Source: Octopus sinensis
Taxonomy: Eukaryota
Assembly: GCF_006345805.1 (NCBI RefSeq)
Contig: NC_043010.1
Coordinates: 8,246,001-8,310,000 of the forward strand
Direction: 5' to 3'
Length of the DNA: 64,000 nucleotides
Both the position numbers and the translations under genes were made by a program. This document shows, one piece after another, positions 12,377 through 25,148 of the stretch. The notes beneath the pieces are model-generated. The model did not search any database. It saw nothing but the letters and a program-made list of their open reading frames with translations, and was not told the DNA's origin. Positions within the stretch are counted from its first letter, which is position 1. Every line of letters starts with the position of its first letter.

Positions 12377-12590
12377 ATAGTTAATCCAAACATGAAAACA
12401 CAAAGAGAAAACACAACATCGCGAGGACATGGAACAAATATAGTATTATTGGACGCTCAGGAAGGAAGGGAAGAAGGAAGGTTCAACGTTTCAAGCGGAG
12501 CTCTTCGTCGGAAACATAGGAGAAGAAAAGATCCAGAGAAGGGAAGACAGAGGAAAAAAATCGCCAACGGTACACACGAGGTCACATACA
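12377..12590 (-). mobile_element. Short repeat family C, second subtype
   Basis: Shares GTATTA...GACGCTCAGGAA...ACGTTTC(A/G)AGC...GCTCTTCG layout with the other family C copies; left flank is CA/TA microsatellite. Confidence 0.6.
12481..12515 (-). ncRNA. Minimal type I hammerhead-ribozyme-like motif (core CCGACGA)
   Basis: Minus strand GUUU-CCGACGA-A-GAGC-UCC-GCUU-GAAA-C-GUU-GAAC: stem I GUUU/GAAC, stem II GAGC/GCUU, loopless ACGU stem III. Activity untested. Confidence 0.45.
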
Positions 12591-12599
12591 TTTGTGTTT

Positions 12600-12780
12600 T
12601 GCATGGTTCCTACCACTAGAAAATTTCTAATGCTAACCATGTTACAGAGTGCCAGTGCTATTATGTGGCACCAACACAGGAATTTTATGTATGGCACCAG
12701 CATGGGTTCTTCTTTACGTGGCACCAGCACAGGTCCTTTATATGCGGAACCAGCATCGATGCTTTTTACATGGCAAGATA
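12600..12780 (-). mobile_element. Diverged copy of family E repeat
   Basis: Repeated TT(T)ACGTGGCACCAGCA-like units are the reverse complement of the GTGCCGGTGGCACGTAAAAA units at 59707-59855. Confidence 0.55.
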
Positions 12781-12945
12781 TGTATATGATAGGATTCCAC
12801 ACAATCTCTAACTACCAAATTCACTCAGAAGGCATCCATAAATCAGAGAATATAATAGAAGTCTCTTGCCAATGGTGCCTTGTAGCAGGACTGAACTTGA
12901 AACCATGTGGTTGCAAAACAATCTTTGAAACAACACAGCCATGCT

Positions 12946-13161
12946 TACTCTTTTACTCTTTTACTTGTTTCAGTCATTTGCCTGTGGCCATGCTGGAGCA
13001 CCACCTTTAGTCGAGCAAATCGACCCCGGGACTTATCCTTTGTAAGCCCAGTACTTCTATCGGTCTCTGTTGCCGAACCGCTAAGTGACGGGGATGTAAA
13101 CACACCAGCATCGGTTGTCAAGCAATGCTAGGGGCACAACCACAGACACACAAACACATAA

Positions 13162-13204
<43 letters not shown>

Positions 13205-13366
13205 CGACAGGCTTCTTTCAGTTTCCGTCTACCAAATCCACTCACACGGCATTGGTCAGCCCGGGGCTATAGCAGAAGACACTTGCCTAAGATGCCACGC
13301 AGTGGGACTGAACCCGGAACCATGTGGTTGGTTAGCAAGCTACTTACCACACAGCCACTCCTGCGC
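12946..13366 (-). mobile_element. SINE A young full-length copy
   Basis: Complete head to tail; sits next to an older family A head at ~12805-12945. Confidence 0.92.
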
Positions 13367-14135
13367 TTGTGAATTTAAAAAAAAAAAAAATCTGGGTACT
13401 GTTCCAAACACAAACCACAGACCGGATGCATTTTTTCAGGCTCCTGGCACTGGACAAGCATCAAATTTTCACCCAACCCTACACTCTCTTTAATATACTT
13501 CATATTACCATTTTAGCAACTATTGTGCAGTCTATGAAACCTTTATTTTGACAAACACTTCCTACTTTTAAATTATCTATGCTAGCAACTTTGTCAATAA
13601 ACTATTAATTTAATTCATGTTTCATTTTTATTTTTATTTTTAGTGATGGGTAAACAAGGATTAAGTAGTTGATAAGTGTTTACATATTTTAAGTAGAAAG
13701 TTTTTTATGAAGATATACAAAGCTAATGTATGAATCAATAAAAATCTAGTGCCTGTTGGGAATCATAGCCACATCCTCTTTGTTGAAAACTCTGTGTAAT
13801 TACCACTATAGCTTAAGCCTTCTGATGATATCAGTTCCCCTGTTTATGCTTTAATTCAGATATTTAGTCTGTAATTATTTGAATCCCCGGATAAATGTAT
13901 TTATGAATGCAATTGTTTGTTTTCATTCTGTCTTTCAGTTTTACCATTCTGTAAACTCAGTTGCAGATCTTTCCCTCATTATTCTGACATTAAAGTATCT
14001 TTGACTAATTCATTTAGGATTAGCAGAAATATTAATGATACATGTGTGCGTTACATACAAAATATATATATATATACACACACATATATACATACATACA
14101 CATATATATATATATATAATATATAATATATATAT

Positions 14136-14169
<34 letters not shown>

Positions 14170-14217
14170 GTATATATGTATGTATATATATATATATATA
14201 TATAGATATATATATAT

Positions 14218-14251
<34 letters not shown>

Positions 14252-14445
14252 ATATATATATATATATATTCAGACATATATATATATATTTACACACACA
14301 TGCACATATATAACCACACATTTGTAAATGGGTGTACATATATACATTTACTTAGTGCGTGATTGCACAATGGAATTTTAGATATACCATGCTACATGTA
14401 TCTACACACACACACACAACATAAATGTACATACATATCTATCTA

Positions 14446-14507
<62 letters not shown>

Positions 14508-15339
14508 TTATATATATATATATGTATGTGTGTAATTATATATATGTGTGCGTGTGTATATATTATTTATGTATAAGTATCTATTTATGTATGCATGCTT
14601 GTGTGTTTGTAGCTAGTATTGTAGGTTTCATTTATAAAGCAAAGGGACCAGATATCTTCAAGATCAAAACAATATTATTACAATTTCACACTAGATATTC
14701 TGCAAGAAGGAAAACAATGTATTTGATGTTTTATTAATTAACAGAATATCAGCCAGTCTGTGTACAACTCAAAGATAATGCATTGCTGCTGATAGGAATT
14801 AGAAATCTGAAATGATGGTTTAAAGGTGGTTGATTATAATATACAGCAAAAGAACATATCGGATATCACAATGGATTTGCAAGAATGGTAAATACTTAAT
14901 AAGGAAATTATATAACACCAATGTAAAATTAATGCTTCTATGATTGTGTATATATTTTCAATCTCTTTCACTGCCACCACCACCATTTTAACATCTACAT
15001 TTCCAAGCTTGCATGGGTTAGATGGCATATGTTGTGGCAGATTCTCCATGGCTGGATGCTCTTCTGTCAACAACCCTCACCTGTATCGAAGCAAAGTAAT
15101 ATTTTCCCCATAGCTTGACATATTTTTCTTGGAAGATTGGAAACGAATAACATTACTCATATGATGATGATGATGCTCATTCACAACCTTCATACAATGT
15201 ATAGAAAAATACACACACACACACAAACTGACAAGGTATTTGTTGGCCTGGTATTGTGAGAGAAATCACTTGTCCAGGGTACTGTGCTGTGGGATTGAAT
15301 ATATATATTTTGTGAAGCAAGCTGCACCTATTTCGGTCC

Positions 15340-15438
15340 CATGGTATGGCACATTGGGCAAGTGTTTTCTACTATAGCCTTGGGCTGACCACAGCCTTGT
15401 GAGTAGATTCACTTGACAGAAACTGGAAGAAGCATGTC

Positions 15439-15472
<34 letters not shown>

Positions 15473-15675
15473 TGTTGTGTCTATGTTTGTCCCTGCATCA
15501 GCTTGACAACTAGAGTTGGTATGTTTGTCCCTGTGACTTAGGGATTTGGGATAGATAGAATAAATACCAGGCTTAAAAATTAATGAGTCCTGAGATTGAT
15601 TTGTTTGACTAAAATTCCTCAAAGTGGTGCACCAGCATGGCCGCAGTCAAATGACTGGAACAAATAAAATAAAAG
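15340..15675 (+). mobile_element. Old SINE A copy
   Basis: Degenerate CATTGGGCAAGTGTTTTCTACTATAGCC core and GCATGGCCGCAGTCAAATGACTGGAACAA tail. Confidence 0.75.
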
Positions 15676-15748
15676 AATATGAAAGAATACTCTACATTTG
15701 CATTAAGTCTTGTAATTTATCACTTCTTCATGAACCAAAAGAGATTTT

Positions 15749-15779
<31 letters not shown>

Positions 15780-15790
15780 TATATATATAC

Positions 15791-15821
<31 letters not shown>

Positions 15822-16739
15822 TGTATGTATGTATGTGTGTAAGTATGTATGTATGTATGTATATATGTGTGTGTGTGCATCATATTTAGTGATGTATACT
15901 CACATTTTCACTTTCTATGTGTAATTATTTATTTTTCCTGTCTTTTTTTTACCTTTAATTGAAATCACACCAAGCCAGACACTTTGACCAATTCTAGGCA
16001 AAGGGTTAAAGAAAATGAGGAAGTGATATTAAAACTACAAGAATTCTCCATATACTTACACAATTAAGGGAGCAAATAGAGGACAATGGTAAAAATAATT
16101 GGTAAATGGTTTAAACGAAATACAAGAGAGCAAATAAAGAACAAAAGGCAATGAAATGTGGTAAATGAGATGATAATACAAAAGCTCATAAAATGAAATA
16201 GAATGGGACAGTAATAAAAGAACTAATGAAGATGCTTAAATGTAGAAAACCACCAGCATAAAGCGAGATGGTCATTACTCTTAAATTAAAGAGATCAAAT
16301 TCATATTTTGGAGGAAAATAATGGTAAGATAATTTATTGCAAACTTAAACTGTTCCTCCACAATATCTAAAAATGTGACATGACAGTCATGACTGGAATG
16401 GATTTGATCGAAGCTTAACCTAAGGCTAAACAACCTGAAACTTTCTGTTCGTTATCTAAAGATTTATATTGATGATGATGTTATGTTGTTGTTGTTTTTT
16501 TCACATTTGAACACACATTTATATGAATGGAAATAATATAGTCAATTGAAAGTAGACACTTGAAGATAAAGTCAATTGAAAATATTGCGTATATGTGTGT
16601 GTTTACATATATGTATACACCTCTGCGCACAAATATACATACCTAAATATGTATATTGAGTTCTGATGGAAAATTTCCAGACTGAAGGGACCAAAGTGTT
16701 GCCCCAATCTGGACACTTCCTGTAGAAGTAAGGACAGAA

Positions 16740-17135
16740 AAGAAACCAGTATGCAGCATTGTATCCTTAATAGAGCAGTTGGAGTCATAAAAAATGTACA
16801 ATATTATTTAACTATGCATTCAATTCTGCACTCTGTCAAGAGTGGACAGTGCCTTTTTGGAGGAACCTGCCCAAATGTATGAGCACTTGTCCATTTTTAA
16901 GTAGAAGTGACCCATGTAGAGATACAGTAGATCCTCAAGTTTTTTTTTACATTATCTATTCAGGTTACTAAAAATATTTGCTATGTCCAAAGTGCAGGAT
17001 GTTCTTAGAGGTGAAATTTCAAAATGATGTATCATCATAAAATATGTGAAGGATCTTTGCATTATGTCAAGTAAATTATTGCTAACCAGCAGGAAGACTG
17101 TAGACTCCAGGACATATCCCTGGGGCACACCAACA
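16740..17135 (-). mobile_element. Decayed LINE RT (jockey/CR1-group) fragment
   Basis: Minus strand EINVGVPQGYVLESTVFLLVSNNL (GVPQGSVLGP motif), ttttatgatgataca (YADDT-like), and KMDKCSYIWAGSSKKALSTLDRVQN; many stops and frameshifts. Confidence 0.75.
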
Positions 17136-17899
17136 TTGATTTCATAGAAAAGTAAAGGCTATGCTTAGGACCTTTTAAGTGCCCTGAAGGTTATTGGATA
17201 GAAAGAAGGAAGTTTTCTTTGGAATGAAGACATGTTCTGATGGCTTGTGTATAAGTGAACTCTGCTTAAATAGCCAAGTGCCTGGTGGTTGTGTTAAACT
17301 GTTAAATGGGTCTTTTGGAAGACATCAAGACAGTTTCTTTCTAACAAGTTTATCTTCTGTCATAGTCTTGGTTTAACCAAAGTTATGATTTTAGTTCAAG
17401 GTACTGCAGATTGTGAGTGAATCTTTCACCATGTAATTGGGAGTGCAATGTTATCAACTGATAGTAATTATCTTTCCCTTCTTTATCTTTTAAGTTCAAA
17501 AATTGCTGGTATCACCTTTACCTGTGTGACCATCAAGGTTAAATTAAATAACACATGTTATTGGAGCAATACCCTGTAATTTAACATTAAAATAGGTAAA
17601 GGTTTGCAAGTATAAAAGCAAAAATACTGAAAAGTAATTGAATAAATTTTCCATGTAAATAAATCGCAAAATAAATGAGTGCAGAGGATTATAAATGCTT
17701 AGATATGACAGAGGTAGCTAGAATAACGGAAAATCACATGAAGACGTTTGAAATTAAAGCTTAGATTTAAGCTTTTCTAAGGAAAAAAAATACCTAACCA
17801 TTAATACATATCTGTTTAAGAGGTGTATTGTTGAAGAATCCTAAAGTGAAATAAAGAAGAGCTGCTTAATTTAGATAGGAAGAACTTGTGTATAATACT

Positions 17900-18160
17900 A
17901 GATCCCTGAAGTATAGTTAATAGGATTTATATATCTTGTATAAAAGAGGGGATTAATTGATTGTGAAGAATATATGCACAATAAGGAAAATAGTGTAATG
18001 TAATGTGATAGAAATAGTGTCGAACTTATTTTGGAATGGGTAAAGAAAGTGAGAATACTTAAGATTGAAGGATAACACCTGAATAATTCAAGGAAAATAC
18101 CTTGAAAATATAGAGAGAGCTTGGACGTGAAAGAAAATATGAGCTGTGTTTTAGAGAGAT
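17900..18160 (+). mobile_element. Decayed R4/Dong-clade LINE fragment
   Basis: VNRIYISCIKEG / GLIDCEEYMHNKENSV resembles the DRLYLPRKEGGRGLISVEECV motif after one frameshift. Confidence 0.45.
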
Positions 18161-18424
18161 TATATGAATGTATTAGCATGGTTCAGTGATGCTCATGGGT
18201 AAAATAATATATAATAAAAAAATAAAAATCAAGCATAGAACCTTCGATGGAAACACTGATCAGTGTAGCATAGGAGCAGGTCCAGAGAACAAATTACATC
18301 AAGGTTCATATAGATAAGACCACTGAATCATTATTATATAGAAAACGTGGCAAAATGGGTGGAAATGGAATGTATTTGATACGTGTATGCAATAAATTGG
18401 TTCAGAAGAAACATATTAGAAGAC

Positions 18425-18556
18425 ATAATAATGATAATAATAATAATAATAATAATATCATAATAATAATAATAATAATAATAACGATAATAATGATAAT
18501 AATAATAATAATAATAATGATAATAATATAATATAATAATAATAATAATAATAATA

Positions 18557-18595
<39 letters not shown>

Positions 18596-18720
18596 TAATA
18601 ATGATAATAATAATAATATATAATAATAATAATAATATAAAATGATAATAATAATAATAATGATGATGATGATAATGATGATGATGATGATGATAATAAT
18701 AATAATAAGAAGAAGAAGAA
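18425..18720. repeat. (AAT)n/(GAT)n microsatellite
   Basis: Direct sequence. Confidence 0.97.
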
Positions 18721-18816
18721 GACAGTACAAACTGTTCTCTTGAAATAGTGAGAAAAGTATATCACAGCAAGAGCAAGACATAGCATTATAGACAAAAATT
18801 AAAAAAAAAACTATTG

Positions 18817-18869
<53 letters not shown>

Positions 18870-19127
18870 GTTGTTGTTGTTTTTGCCTAGCAAAAGTCAA
18901 CAAATTTACAGGAAGGAACATAATTGAATGTATTTACTTGGAGGAAAACTGAGCCAAAGACTTGTTTTTTTTTTATTCCGTGTTAAAGCCATGTGACATA
19001 TGTTGCTAAAAGTGTTAAGGAAATGCATGAAGATCACAAAACACGAGGGTAAGCTTTTTTTATGATTTTTATTATATCGTATTATAAATATTATCGTTAG
19101 TAAAAATTTGATGATTTTTTTTTCTAG

Positions 19128-19440
19128 GAGACCCCCCCTTTGGTCATGAATGACCATGGGATTGCACCTAGAAAGTTACCCTCCGAGGCACAAGTCCAGG
19201 CAAGGTTGTTTGTGGAAGGTTAGCAGTCGCCCATGCATACCAGGCTCCCCTTTCCACACCACCGATGTTATCCAAGGGAAAGGCAAAGGGGTCGATACAG
19301 CTTGGCACCAGTGATGTCGCAACTCATTTCTACAGCTGAGTTAACTGGAGCAACGTGATATAAAGTGTCTTGCTCAAGAACAGAACACACAGCCTGGTCT
19401 GGGAATCGAACTCACAACCTCATGATTGTAAGCTCGATGC
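19128..19440 (-). mobile_element. SINE family D variant (tRNA head + core 1 + tail Y)
   Basis: Minus strand GAGTTCGATTCCC B-box, TTCTTGAGCAAGACACTTT core as at 6708-7022, but an unrelated tail ending GGTCATTCATGACCAAAGGGGGGG. Confidence 0.8.
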
Positions 19441-19702
19441 TTTTTCTCTATTTCTGTAAGTTACCTACAAATGAGATGAAGTGGAACCCCTCCAAATGAT
19501 GTAATCTCTTATTCCTTTATTCTTTGACTTGCTTCAGTCATTAGACTTTGACCATGCTGGAGAACCACCATGAAGATTTTAGTCGATTGATGTAACCCCA
19601 GTAATTATTTTAAAGTTTAATTCTATCAGGTTGAGTTTATCAAGCAACTGAGCAACAGGGATGTAAACAAGCTAACACCTGCTGTTGAGTTGTAAGGGAA
19701 AA

Positions 19703-21008
19703 ATACATACAAACATACATACATACATACATACATACATCTACAAACACATATTCATTCATACATACATACATACATACATCATACATACATACATTAC
19801 ATACATACATACATAATACAACTACATACATACATACATACATACATGATACATACATACATACATACATACATACATACATACATAACATACATGCATA
19901 CATACATACATACATACAAACATACAACATTTACATACATACATAATACATACGTACGTACGTAATACATACATACATACATAAATACATACATACATAC
20001 ATACATACATACATACATGCATACATACATACATACAAACATACATACATACTATACATACATACATTACATACATACATACAACATACAAACATACATA
20101 CGTACATACATACATACATACATACATACATACATACATACATACATACATACATACATACATACATACATACATACATACATACAAACATACATACATA
20201 ATATGCATACATACATACAACATACATACATACATACATACATACATGGCATGCATACATACATACAACACATACATGCATGCATACATACATACATACA
20301 TACATACATAATACAAACAATACCATACATACATACATACATACATGCATGCATACATACATACATACATACATGCATACATACATACATAATACATGCT
20401 ACATACAACATACATACTATCATACATACATACATACATACATAACAAACATACATAATACTACATACAAACATAATACATACATAATACATACATGCAT
20501 GCAACATACAACATACATACATGCATACATACAGACACACATACATACATACATGAACATACATACATACTACATACATACACACATACATACATTTACC
20601 ATACATACATACATACATACATACATACATACATACATACATACATACACACATACATGCATGCATACATACATATGTTACATACATACATACATACATA
20701 ATACATACATAACTACTACATACACACATACATACATACATACATACATACATAATACATACATACATACATACATACATACATACAAACATACATAACA
20801 TACATACATACAACACATACATACATACATACATACATATATTACATACGTACATACATACATACATACATACATACATACATACATACAGACATACCAC
20901 ATACATACATACATACATACATAATACTACATACAACATAATACATACATACACACATTACATACATACATCACATACATACACACATACATACATAACA
21001 TACATACA

Positions 21009-21040
<32 letters not shown>

Positions 21041-21128
21041 ACAAACATACATACATACAGAATACGTATACATACATACATACATACATACATACATACA
21101 TACATACATACATACACATACACACAAG
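19703..21128. repeat. ~1.4-kb imperfect (ATAC)n microsatellite
   Basis: Direct sequence. Confidence 0.98.
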
Positions 21129-21471
21129 CACATATAGCTTCTTGTATGTTAGGTAATAACGTGGATATATTATCTCTGAAATATTATACTATAAATTTAA
21201 TCTCATAACTGTCAATTCATGTTACTGAATGGTTTCATGTTAAAAAAGCCTTTCAAGTGTGGGAGGGTGTTGATGAGCATAATGCTACTCAAAGGCTCAA
21301 GGGAAACATCAATGGATCAGTTTTACCATTCAAGGGAGGCCTGAAAGAGCCTTGGGTACTAGTTTTCCACCAGAAAGCAAGTAAAATAAAATACTTTCTC
21401 ACAGTCAATAAAATAAACTAACAGTCCAGTGCAGGGATAGATTCTTCTTATTTTCTCGTTCTTTTCTTCAG

Positions 21472-21525
21472 GAAAAACTTACATTTTGGCTGGAGAAGGA
21501 TGGGCTTTATCAGTATGCTATAATG
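21472..21525 (+). CDS. Candidate 54-nt exon (possible SAM-domain-like segment)
   Basis: Very strong acceptor TTCTTCTTATTTTCTCGTTCTTTTCTTCAG| and weak donor ATG|GTATCC. Phase-0 reading EKLTFWLEKDGLYQYAIM. No partner exons confirmed. Confidence 0.25.
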
Positions 21526-21641
21526 GTATCCCTAAGACCATACCAACTGTAAAGTCTCCACCAACACTTCTCCTCATATGTACGTATACATATATATATA
21601 TATATATAGTATATATATATCTATATATATATATATATATA

Positions 21642-21846
21642 TAAGGGGAAGGTTTTTCGTAAATAAGCAAAAGACGAAGGCAGGTGGAGTACAAGCAAAC
21701 AAGGTATTAGTATGGCGCTCAGGAATAGAAATAAAACAAGTCTTTTACGTTTCGAGCCTACGCTCTTCGACAGAACGATACACAGAAAAGAAACAAGGAG
21801 AGAAACAAGGAGAGAAAAAAAATGCATGTAAGATCTAATGATCCAA
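21642..21846 (-). mobile_element. Short repeat family C, best-preserved copy, embedded in (TA)n
   Basis: Flanked on both sides by (TA)n; homologous to 63556-63757, 10575-10632 (truncated) and 2050-2248. Confidence 0.7.
21741..21778 (-). ncRNA. Minimal type I hammerhead-ribozyme-like motif (core CUGUCGA)
   Basis: Minus strand UCGUU-CUGUCGA-A-GAGC-GUAG-GCUC-GAAA-C-GUA-AAAGA: perfect 4-bp stem II, loopless ACGU stem III, GUA cleavage triplet, imperfect stem I. Activity untested. Confidence 0.5.
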
Positions 21847-22380
21847 CACATATATATATATATATATGAAAAGGGAGTTGTATGACTGTATATAGAGGGA
21901 TATATATTATTTAAAGGAATTCCAACTCTGTTTTTTGTTTTATTTATATTCCTATAATATTAATGTAGGATATAGAATATATAGTATATATAGTAAAATG
22001 AAATGAAGTATTGATTGTCTTATCGTATATGTGAAATATTGAATATCAAATATTAAGGGACCAGTGTACTTTCTTGCATTTAAGCAGTCTTCAAGGTCCC
22101 AGGTTGTGACAGGAATTTTTCAACTGTAGTTGACTGGCTGTATTTTGTCCTTTATATGTGTTCCTGTGGACAGCAGTAGTAGTTGCTTGGCTATCTTTAG
22201 AGATGATGCCAAACCATTTTTCAATGTTTATGTATATATATTTATAGTCACATACATTTATACATGCATACATGTATTAGCAGTTTGACTTACTGAGTAT
22301 CAATCACTTGAAGATTGTCAAGGCATATAAGTCTTGAAAGTCCAGGAATCATAAAAATACACCTTTGATATATATATATG

Positions 22381-22421
<41 letters not shown>

Positions 22422-22695
22422 TATTTGTCCTGTACTCTATCTTTTCGTTGTTTAAGAAAAATGTCCAGTTCCGTGATTTTGTGTTTATGTTTTCGTTTCT
22501 CATTGTGTTCGACGTTTTTTTGGTGTCCTGTACCCATATATGCATGTATATATGCATGTAGAGGTAGGTACGTACATATATGTATGTATATATGCATATG
22601 TTTTATTTATTAATTTATTATATGACGGAACGCACACATCCATTTCTAAGTAAGATTGTTCTTGATATATATATATACATACATATATGTATATA

Positions 22696-22742
<47 letters not shown>

Positions 22743-22777
22743 ATATATATATGTATATATATATGTATATATATATG

Positions 22778-22812
<35 letters not shown>

Positions 22813-23445
22813 CTATATATATATATATATGTATATGTATTAATATGTGTGTGCGTAAATATATATATATATCTGTGCTTTTGTATGTATGTGTGTATGT
22901 GCATGTATGTTTGTGCATGTGTGTGTGTTTGATTGAGTGTTTGTGTGTACATGTATGTGTGTATGTGTGTGTGTGTGTGTACTAGAACATGAAATCCTGT
23001 GAAGGCTGTAAATGAACATTACTGTTGTTCCATTTCCATTTCTCTCTGAAAACATGTTCGGCTAAAGAGAAATATTATCTTGCTTGGAAGCATGTGAGGG
23101 TTGGTGATAGGAAGGACATCTAGCTGTAGAAAATCAACCCCAGCAAAATCCATCACAGCTATGCAAACATGGAAATGTGGACATTAAATAAGGATGGTGA
23201 GAATGACCTTTTATCATATTGCATTCCTTTAAGTTAGGGTGTGTTGTATTTGTGCATGTCAACTTTGCTTTCCACTGTCCTTTGGTTAATAGAATAAGAT
23301 AGAGCACTAGGATCTCCATAATTGATAAAAACCCTTAGATATGGTGACCCAGTATGGCTGTACTACGATGACTGTTGCTGTAAATATGTATGTGTTTATG
23401 TGTGTATTTACATATATATATATATATGTGTATATTTATATGTAC

Positions 23446-23476
<31 letters not shown>

Positions 23477-24725
23477 CATACACACACACACATTCATACA
23501 CACGCACACATGTGTATATATCTATGTGTGTTTGTGTATATTTGTATATGTAATAGATAAATATATCAAATGTATTCAACAGACTTTGTTTGAATATATT
23601 TATCACAGGAAAAAAAAAAGAATTAAATATATAAACTTCAAAGAAATTTCAGATAGAAAATTATATTAAATTTGTCACGTATTTCGTATTTTCTCCTTAT
23701 AAGAAATTTTCAGCAGCTAAAAATCTATATTCTTAATTAATTGAATTAGATATCAATGGTAAAATATTCAACTGTTGTATTCTACTGTTAAAACCACAAC
23801 ACAAAGGTTGTTTAATTTTGCTTGTGGGAACCCTATAAACATATAAAAATGCGATGAATTAACAAATACTGTGAAATGTCTATATCTAAACGACTCACTC
23901 ATACAAATTTCCAAGAAAATTATTCCTCTGCTGGCATTTATAACACCAATGCAATGACATTATTTTCTAAATGCACTTAAGATCTACCACATTAAAGAAA
24001 AGTCATATATCGGGGGAAAACAAGATTTTTTGTCATTTTTTTTCACTTCTCCTGGCATTTTAGTTAAAAGTAGTATGCGATTAACAAGCACATTATAGTT
24101 TCTCGTAATAGGGTTGTCCAAAAGCCCACATTGCTATAAAAACACGAAGCATTTACCTGCCAACTATAAACAGAAGTGAAAGCCAAGTATTGGGTTTGAT
24201 ATCTCTGTTAAATGGATCCATCTAATATGACAAAAATGGCCAAACATTCCTTTCTCTCTCTTCATCTTGTTCTCCTTCTCTTCTCAAAACACCAAAAGAG
24301 GGAGGAAAAAAGAAAAAAAAAGGGAATATTGTCATGTTCAACGATTGTTCTGTCTGTCGTTCCACTCTCCAATTTCCAAGCCATTAAATAGGTTTTTCTA
24401 CCAGCTAATGCTACTTAGCTATTGGCCGTTTAATCTAACAGTAATCTAGAATTTTAAGTACCAATACAGAGATTTCTAGCTCGCTCATAAAAAAATAATA
24501 AAAGCTGACAACTATTCTTCATCTCCAAGAGAATTTCTACCATACTGAAATTCTCTTGGCTATGTCATATAATTTGACAAAAGAAAAAGAAAAGGAGGAG
24601 GAGAAAATAATGAGAGTAGGAAAGAAAGAAAGAAAGAAAGAGGGAGAAAAGACGGAAAGTGAATAACGAAAAAGTTGTGGATGAGGAAATAAATAATGGT
24701 AGTGATGATGATGATGATGATGATG

Positions 24726-24778
<53 letters not shown>

Positions 24779-24816
24779 GTTCATGATGACGACGATGATG
24801 ATGATGATGATAAGAT

Positions 24817-25053
24817 TTAACTCAAATTGATGTATACAGCCATTTGTACAAAACCATTTGCGGGGTCTGCATTGAAAGTGTGCAGAAAAAAAAAATGTGA
24901 CAATTTGAAAGTTTCTAAGTGCTGGGTGTTGGTGAAGGTGGACAAGATAATATAGCTCTTGAAACAAGGAGAATTATCGCCATCATTGTCAGTGATCAAT
25001 GTTGGAGATTCCTTCCTAGATAGCATTATAATTGTATCAGCTGAATCTAGCTG
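24817..25053 (-). CDS. Candidate terminal coding exon (phase 0)
   Basis: Poly-T tract + GGCATAG|CAG (NAGNAG) acceptor; 79 codons QLDSADTIIMLSRKESPTLITDNDGDNSPCFKSY...VYINLS*. Phase-compatible with the 45693 donor. Confidence 0.3.
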   Translation of the reverse strand, partial: QLDSADTIIMLSRKESPTLITDNDGDNSPCFKSYIILSTFTNTQHLETFKLSHFFFLHTFNADPANGFVQMAVYINLS

Positions 25054-25104
25054 CTATGCCAAAAAAAAAAAAAATTAATAATAATAATAATAATAATAGT
25101 AGTA

Positions 25105-25148
<44 letters not shown>

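Noticed and set aside
16300-16436. Minus-strand exon candidate LFSLRLSFDQIHSSHDCHVTFLDIVEEQF
   Set aside because: The acceptor is plausible but there is no good donor, and it is adjacent to decayed LINE sequence.
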